Assembly: GCA_943704425.1 (NCBI GenBank)
Contig: CALSCP010002553.1
Location: forward strand, 24,766 to 88,765
Length of the DNA stretch: 64,000 bases
Direction: 5' to 3'
From: Ministeria vibrans ATCC 50519
Taxonomy: Eukaryota; Protista; Filasterea
Under the pieces are notes generated by a model. The model saw only the letters and a program-made list of their open reading frames with translations, searched no databases and was not told the origin of the DNA. Numbering within the stretch: position 1 is the first letter of the stretch; every line of letters begins with the position of its first letter. A program made the position numbers and the translations under genes. Below are positions 58,176 through 64,000 of this stretch, in pieces.

Positions 58176-60735
58176 CTATTCTGTCTTCTTCTCATGCGTC
58201 GACTTTGGCGAAATAACTGAGGAGTCGGGCACGTCAGTGTCGTCGGAGAGAGTTTCACGCTCGGGTAGCGTGTGCGCTGCCTCTGTCCCTGTCCTCGTCT
58301 CTGTCTCTGTCTTTGACTGCGTCGGTGGATCGGCGTTCTGAGATTGAGTGGCTGTGAGGGCAGCGAGGCGTGCACGCTCCTCTTCCTCCGCTGCGTCGGC
58401 TGCGTCGCCTCCTTCAAACTCGTTGCGGCGGTTGGGGTCGACCGGGTACTTCCAGCGCTGGTAGAGGTAAATGAAAAAGATGATGTCGTCGCGGAAGCAC
58501 GCCAGACGATGCATGGTCGGCATGCGGATCACAAATGCAAACTACGTAGTAGTAGCATCATCAAGAAAAAGTTGAGTGATGCGATTGGGTGTGGGTATAG
58601 GTTTGCAGAATATATAATGTCGGCGAGCTTACGAGATCATCGACAAAGGTGTTGAGGGCCTTGTAGGTGAGCATGCGCCAGGGTAGATGGGCCACCGATT
58701 TGAGCTTGTAGTTGATGAAGAGTTGGGGCGTCATGAGAATGAAGCCAAAGGTGTAGACACAGCCAACGAGGGTCGACAGCACAAAGGAGTACCAGCTCTT
58801 GTGAGTGTCGTAGACGAGCGAGTAGATGGCATAGCAGAAGATGAGCGGGTAGAGGGCATACGACAGGTACTGGAAGGCAAGCGCATCGTATTCCTTAGTC
58901 TTGCTCTGGTGGTACGAGTCATGGTCGTCAAAGCGAATGCGCGGGATTCCTATGAGAAAGAGAGAGAGAGAGAGAGAGGAGCAGGGGGAAAAAGAGAAAC
59001 AAAGTGATATAGAGAGAGGAGACAGACACAAAGTGATAGAGAAAAAGAAGCAAAGTGATAGGGAGAAAGAAACAAAGTGATAGAGAGAAAGAACAAAGTG
59101 AAAAAGGGTGTTGCATGAGTACACACGTGAGAGAATGCATTTTACGCTCACCGTAGAAAGTGTTGGCGTAGTCAAGGGATATCTTCATGGCTCGCTTTAG
59201 CTTCCACACTTCAATGGCCAGACCCACTGCAGAGCTGACGATAATGATATAGCTCGTCTGTTCACTGTCAATAAGATACAGCAGAATGACCAGTTGGAAG
59301 AACACATTGGTGATCACGGAGCGCACCGAGAGACCCTCGACTGTCTTTCGGTTGCGCCAGAACTGAATGTCATTCTACAATTAAGAGTTGAGTGAGAACA
59401 GTGTGTGAGTATAATAATAATAATAAAAAAAGAAAAACGCACACACGCATAGGCTGCTGTATGACGATACCTTGAAGGCAAGGAAGTCAAAGACGGAGTG
59501 GAGGAGCGATACAGTGAAGGTGAGGGCAAGTAGGTAGATGTTGGTCTCGAAGATGAGACGCTTCATCTCGTCACGCTCCTTGTCGCCCATGCTACCCCAC
59601 GACTGATGCATACCAAAGGCCTTGTCCATCTGTTCCATCATGACCCATTTCCACTGTGACAGGTGGTAGAACGAGAAGGCAACCGTCAGGTTGGCAACCG
59701 TCTCGTTGATGGGATTGAGGTGCTCTTGCAACATGAAAAAGTCGTTCATGTACACCACCGGATAGTAGTTGCCCGTCGCCGCGTCCAGCTTGAGTCCGTG
59801 CTCAAGGAGGTGTGTCGGCATTGCCTTGCGATTGTGCACTTCGGTGTCGACCACGAGGTTCACGGTCACGTTGGGACACCAGTAGGAGATGTACTCGACG
59901 GGCTTGCCGTCGTTCGAGGCCAAAGCGGAAGCATCACCGTTGATGCTCCCAAGGTCAGTGTCGCCGTCGAAGAACTCATCGACACTGAGACTGTCACTCG
60001 CCTGGTCGTCCATTGAGGCATCACCATTGGTGACACCGAGAGGAGCAGTGTCGGTTGTCGCGCCACCTTCGCCCGTCAGGAGGTTTTTCAAGTGACGCTC
60101 TGCACGACGTGGCATGTAGCGTGTGAGCAGCTTGTAGCCGTGCGCGACATTTTGCGGTCGGTAGTTGGCCGACTCGGGATGGTAAGGGGCACCATTTCGC
60201 GTGACAAAGACGTGTGCGTGCATGGAGGCGTTGTGCAATCTGACATCGTCCGACGGCACAAACGTGTGCTCCAGACTAAACTGGTCCATGTCTTCGTCGG
60301 TCTCCCACGCGCCATAGAACGTCTTGGTGTTCCACAAGAGTGTCGCATTGCCGCTGTACCGGCCGTCGCCAAGCGAGCGGGGCGGTGCCGCAGAGTAGCT
60401 CAGGAAGAAGTACACGTCGATGGGGTCGCCAACACTAAACAGGTTTCGGCTGACTTCAGCGTCCGGCAACGACCCTGCAGGCGCCGCACCTGCCAATTCC
60501 GTGTGTATGTGTAGGTGTGTGTGTAAGGGAGACGGCGAGCAGTGCAAATGTAACCGTATGTCGTCGTACCGGAGCGAAAGAAGAAATTGTAGAAGAAGTA
60601 CATGAGGAGAATACGATTGATCATGGTGAGCCAGGCAGGCGTTTCCGCTTGTGCGCGTGCATTGCCGTTTCCTCCTTCCCCACCGCCCGGGACTGTCGCC
60701 CCGTCAGGAGCGGCATTGGCAACTGTATCCGACAT
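58176..60735 (-). CDS. CLPTM1: CLPTM1-family membrane protein (putative lipid scramblase)
   Basis: ISYWCPNVTVNLV, ETNIYLLALTFTVSLLHSVFDFLAFK, MTPQLFINYKLKSVAHLPWRMLTYKALNTFVDDL, MPTMHRLACFRDDIIFFIYLYQRWKYPVDPNRRNEF. Confidence 0.95.
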
Positions 60736-60826
60736 TTTGAAAGAAAAAAAAAGAAAGAATGAAACGTCATGATTTCGATTCAGACGAATGATCAAAATTC
60801 AAAAATTAATATCATTAATTTTCGCC

Positions 60827-61029
60827 ATGACGAGTCCTTCTTCAACACCATCAGCCTCAAAGAAGCCTCGAATCGAGTGTAAGGGGGGGGTGGGGGTGGG
60901 GAGTGAATGGATGAAACAGCAACCAGCGCGGCTGATCCGGGGTGGGGGTGTGTGGTGTGCAGCAGGGTCGAACAAAACACTTGCGCGCGAGCTGGCAGAT
61001 CTCATGAAGCGACCGCAGGAAGGATTCAA
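60827..61029 (+). CDS. 5' exons of a ubiquitin-conjugating enzyme E2 (CDC34/UBE2G-like); remainder lost at gap
   Basis: KTLARELADLMKRPQEGF resembles E2 helix 1; donor AA|gtaag at 61030. Confidence 0.55.
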
Positions 61030-61134
61030 GTAAGACCGAGCACGCCGTCTTCATCTCTATCCCTTCAGATGCTTTCCCTCATTCCTATTTGGTTTGAGTC
61101 GAACAGACGAAAAAAGACAAAAAAANNNNNNNNN

Positions 61135-61160
61135 NGAAGAACAAAGTGATGCGAGAGAGG

Positions 61161-61238
<78 letters not shown>

Positions 61239-61430
61239 GGAGAAAGAAACAAAGTGATAGAGAGAAAGAGAGGAGGGAGAAAGATACAAAGTGATAGAGA
61301 GAGAGGAGGGAGAAAGATACAAAGTGATAGAGAGCGAGAGAGGAGGGAGAAAGAAACAAAGTGATAGAGAGAGAGAGAGGAGGGAGAAAGAGACAAAGTG
61401 ATAGATAGAGAGAGAGGAAGAGAACAACAC
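61135..61430. repeat. (GA)n plus about 35-nt tandem units GAGGAGGGAGAAAGAxACAAAGTGATAGA
   Basis: Five to six copies following the N gap. Confidence 0.95.
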
Positions 61431-61479
61431 AAAAACAAAGGAGAAAGATGGCACAGTAATGAATTGTTTATGTGTGCAG

Positions 61480-61772
61480 TGGGAAATAAAATGGACATGG
61501 CGCAGAGTCGAGCGGTGACAGAGGCAATGGCGAGTGGGCTCTCGCAGGAACTGGGATTACCTGTGATGGAGGCTTCTGCGCAAGCGGACACGGGAGTCGA
61601 CGAGGCGTTTTTGGCGCTAGCGCGACTGGCACTCAAGACAACCGGGGGGACGGGAGGCGTGGGGGTTGCGGGCGGTGGGGGAGACCTGGGGCGCAACCTG
61701 GGTGGTGCCACGGTGAACCTGGCGGCGCCCGTGCCCTCCACCTCCGATCCACCCAAGGGTGCATGTTGTTGA
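61480..61772 (+). CDS. Last exon of a Rab-family small GTPase
   Basis: VGNKMD (G4), EASAQ (G5), GVDEAF, hypervariable Gly-rich tail ending CC. Confidence 0.8.
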
Positions 61773-61947
61773 GTCTACTTCTGTACATTACTACTAATAT
61801 TAATTTTCCTGCATACTTTGATCGAGAGCCCAGCGTCGCTCTGGGATGATATTTTCCTTCCGTTTCCTTTGTGTAATTCTCTCGCTTATCATTTTCAAAT
61901 CAATCCCAATCTTTAGGTGCATTCAGCTCCTAATTTCCTTTACTAAC

Positions 61948-63126
61948 TTAAACTGCGTCTCGCACGTTATTACAAATACGGTTTGAGAATGAGCGCAATG
62001 CTCTCTTCGAAGGAGCGCTCAGGCCAAACCTACACAGGGAAGTGAGCAGAGAAGGAATGGAAAGGGACTGGAGCATACGGGGAAGTGAGTGGGGTGCAAG
62101 AGGGCCGCATGGGTGGCGTGCATGTCCAGCTGGGCGTCGCGGGGACGCAGCACAGTGCCAGTGGGAGCCTCCGGATTGGCGCCAATGTGGTCTGTGTGAA
62201 CTCCCACCGCCGTACACATGCTCACCGCCATCTCGTACTTGGTCATGGGGCGCGAGCTATCAAAAAACACCGCGACAACTGTCAATGTTGCAAGCATTCT
62301 TACACGAGTTGAGTATCGAACCTGCTACCGTGGAAGGTACCCGATGGCCGGAGAGTCGCCAGGCGAACGAGCACCTTGGCGACATCCTCGGTGCTGGTGG
62401 GGAAACGCACGGCGTAGTGGTCCATCACAGGCGCCTCTTGCGCGGCGGGGCCGTGTAGTGCGAGAAACAGACATGAGACGGCACTCTCGTCGAGTCGCTC
62501 GACGGGACCGTACAAAATGGGAAGGCGCAGAATCGACGCAGGCGTTTCGTCGCCCATGATGGAGCGAAATGCGCGTTCCCCCGCGAGCTTGAGGCGTCCG
62601 TAGTCATTGAGCGGGTTGGGTGCGGCATCGGGCGTGTACGGCGGCTGCGTTCCGTCAAAGACGTAATCGGTGCTGATGTACACCACATACGTGTTGCGTC
62701 TCTTCGCTTCGGTCGCAATCAGCGCAACGGAGCCGACGTTGATCGCCTCGGCAGCTTGCGGATCGGCTGCGGCAACGTCGGGGCGACGTTCTGCCGCTGA
62801 ATGAATGATCACTTGAGGGTTGTGAGTGTCCAGAAGTGCCTTGACAGACTGCAGCCGTTGTCTTATTTAAAATTTTTCATGTCTCCTTTCTCACTTCGCC
62901 TTACCGCATCATCAGTAAGGTCGCACTTGACAATACCCTTCTCTTCGTTGGGTCGGCTCAGTGCGGTGCCCACCACATTCCATAGTCCCGTCCTACGAGA
63001 ACAACAATTATTATTAGCAATTGTCCAGTTTTTTCGACCAGGCCATTCGAACGATTGGAACTCAGCAAACACAGCACGCCCAAGAAACCCCGAAGCGCCA
63101 GTGATAACCACAGTTGGAAGGGGCAT
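61948..63126 (-). CDS. MAT2B: MAT2B / RmlD-like extended SDR protein (3' end approximate)
   Basis: VVITGASGFLGRAV, IIHSAAERRPDV, YISTDYVFDGTQPPY, YGRLKLAGE, LRLPILYG, MTKYEMA. Confidence 0.85.
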
Positions 63127-63400
63127 GTTTCAAAGCAATACAACAACAAGAACAAAAATTAAAAAATAATCAAACAATAGCATTAGACAGATTAGTTCAC
63201 CTCCCACGATTTTTCAATTTACACTTTAGGATAAGGACTCATAACTCATAAGGCGTTAATACTTAACTAATGTAAAATGTTTGTAGAGCCACTCATCACA
63301 TCACAATAATATAAAATTAGTATTACTTCCTCTTTCTGCGCGACTGCGCGTTCAATCTTTATTTGTAATAATAATTATTATTATTATTATTAATTTTCAA

Positions 63401-64000
63401 TCACTCGTCGTCGGAATTTTGAGCCTTTTGTTTGTTTCTCAGCTCGGCAACAAGTGCGCCCATTCCGACACCAGCAGGCACTGGTGCTCGTGAAAAACGT
63501 TTCTTTTTATCTGAGGGAGGGGTTGTGCGCAGCACGCTGATGGTTGCGTCGAGGTTTCCACCAGACGCGTACTGTTGCTTGCCAATGGCCTCCACCGCGA
63601 TCTCGTCATCCATATCAGCAAAGTCTCTGCTGGGCGCGAGTGCTACAGTTGTTGCGGATTGATGGTTCTTCGCAGCAGCCTTAAGCGCAAGATTTTCCGC
63701 CAACAAATCCGCATAGGCAGCACGCTCCGTCACCGCCTCGTATCGCATCGTCTCCATGGCACGTGAGTACACCGTCAGTCGTGCGCGCAGTTCATCAAGA
63801 TTGAGAGTGGATGTGTCAGTGCCCTCGAGGTTCTTGTCCGAGCCCGTCGTCTCATGCGAGCTCGACGCGCTCGAGTCCAGCAGCGAGTCGTCGAGTTGTT
63901 GTGGTGGAACCAACGCTGCGGGAACGACGCGAAACCAAATTGTTGACATGACTCCGTGAACGGGAGACACGTAGCGCAGTTGGTACACGCCAGCGGCGGC
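63401..64000 (-). CDS. C-terminal part of a hypothetical protein with a short coiled coil
   Basis: Open GC-rich frame runs off the window end; coiled-coil segment LDELRARL...LLAENLALKA. Confidence 0.6.
   Translation of the reverse strand, partial: AAAGVYQLRYVSPVHGVMSTIWFRVVPAALVPPQQLDDSLLDSSASSSHETTGSDKNLEGTDTSTLNLDELRARLTVYSRAMETMRYEAVTERAAYADLLAENLALKAAAKNHQSATTVALAPSRDFADMDDEIAVEAIGKQQYASGGNLDATISVLRTTPPSDKKKRFSRAPVPAGVGMGALVAELRNKQKAQNSDDE

Noticed and set aside
63880-64000. SKICH-like domain end (GVYQLRYVS)
   Set aside because: Truncated by the window edge; too little sequence to support

Overview
Gene-dense, intron-rich eukaryotic DNA (GT-AG introns, GC-rich exons, microsatellite-filled introns, six short N gaps). 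The gene set (prominin, villin, FCHSD-type F-BAR/SH3, TTC25/ODAD4, TTC29, LRRC42-like, FoxJ-type forkhead, CLPTM1, MAT2B) suggests a flagellated unicellular holozoan such as a choanoflagellate; this is inference. About 24 genes or gene fragments were assembled by hand from exons, including several the ORF track misses or fragments (ATPase inhibitor IF1, TTC29, the forkhead domain, an L-domain-like micro-exon gene). The most striking unexplained structure is a dispersed intronic repeat family: a conserved core AAACAAAGTGATAGAGAG arrayed with variable GA-rich spacers at about 14 sites. Other oddities are a frameshift in TTC25, apparent tandem HIRAN domains in an HLTF-like helicase, a long hairpin in the IF1 intron, two large orphan proteins, and two places where incomplete genes abut at repeat arrays (probable assembly joins). 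Family calls come from recalled motifs, not database searches.
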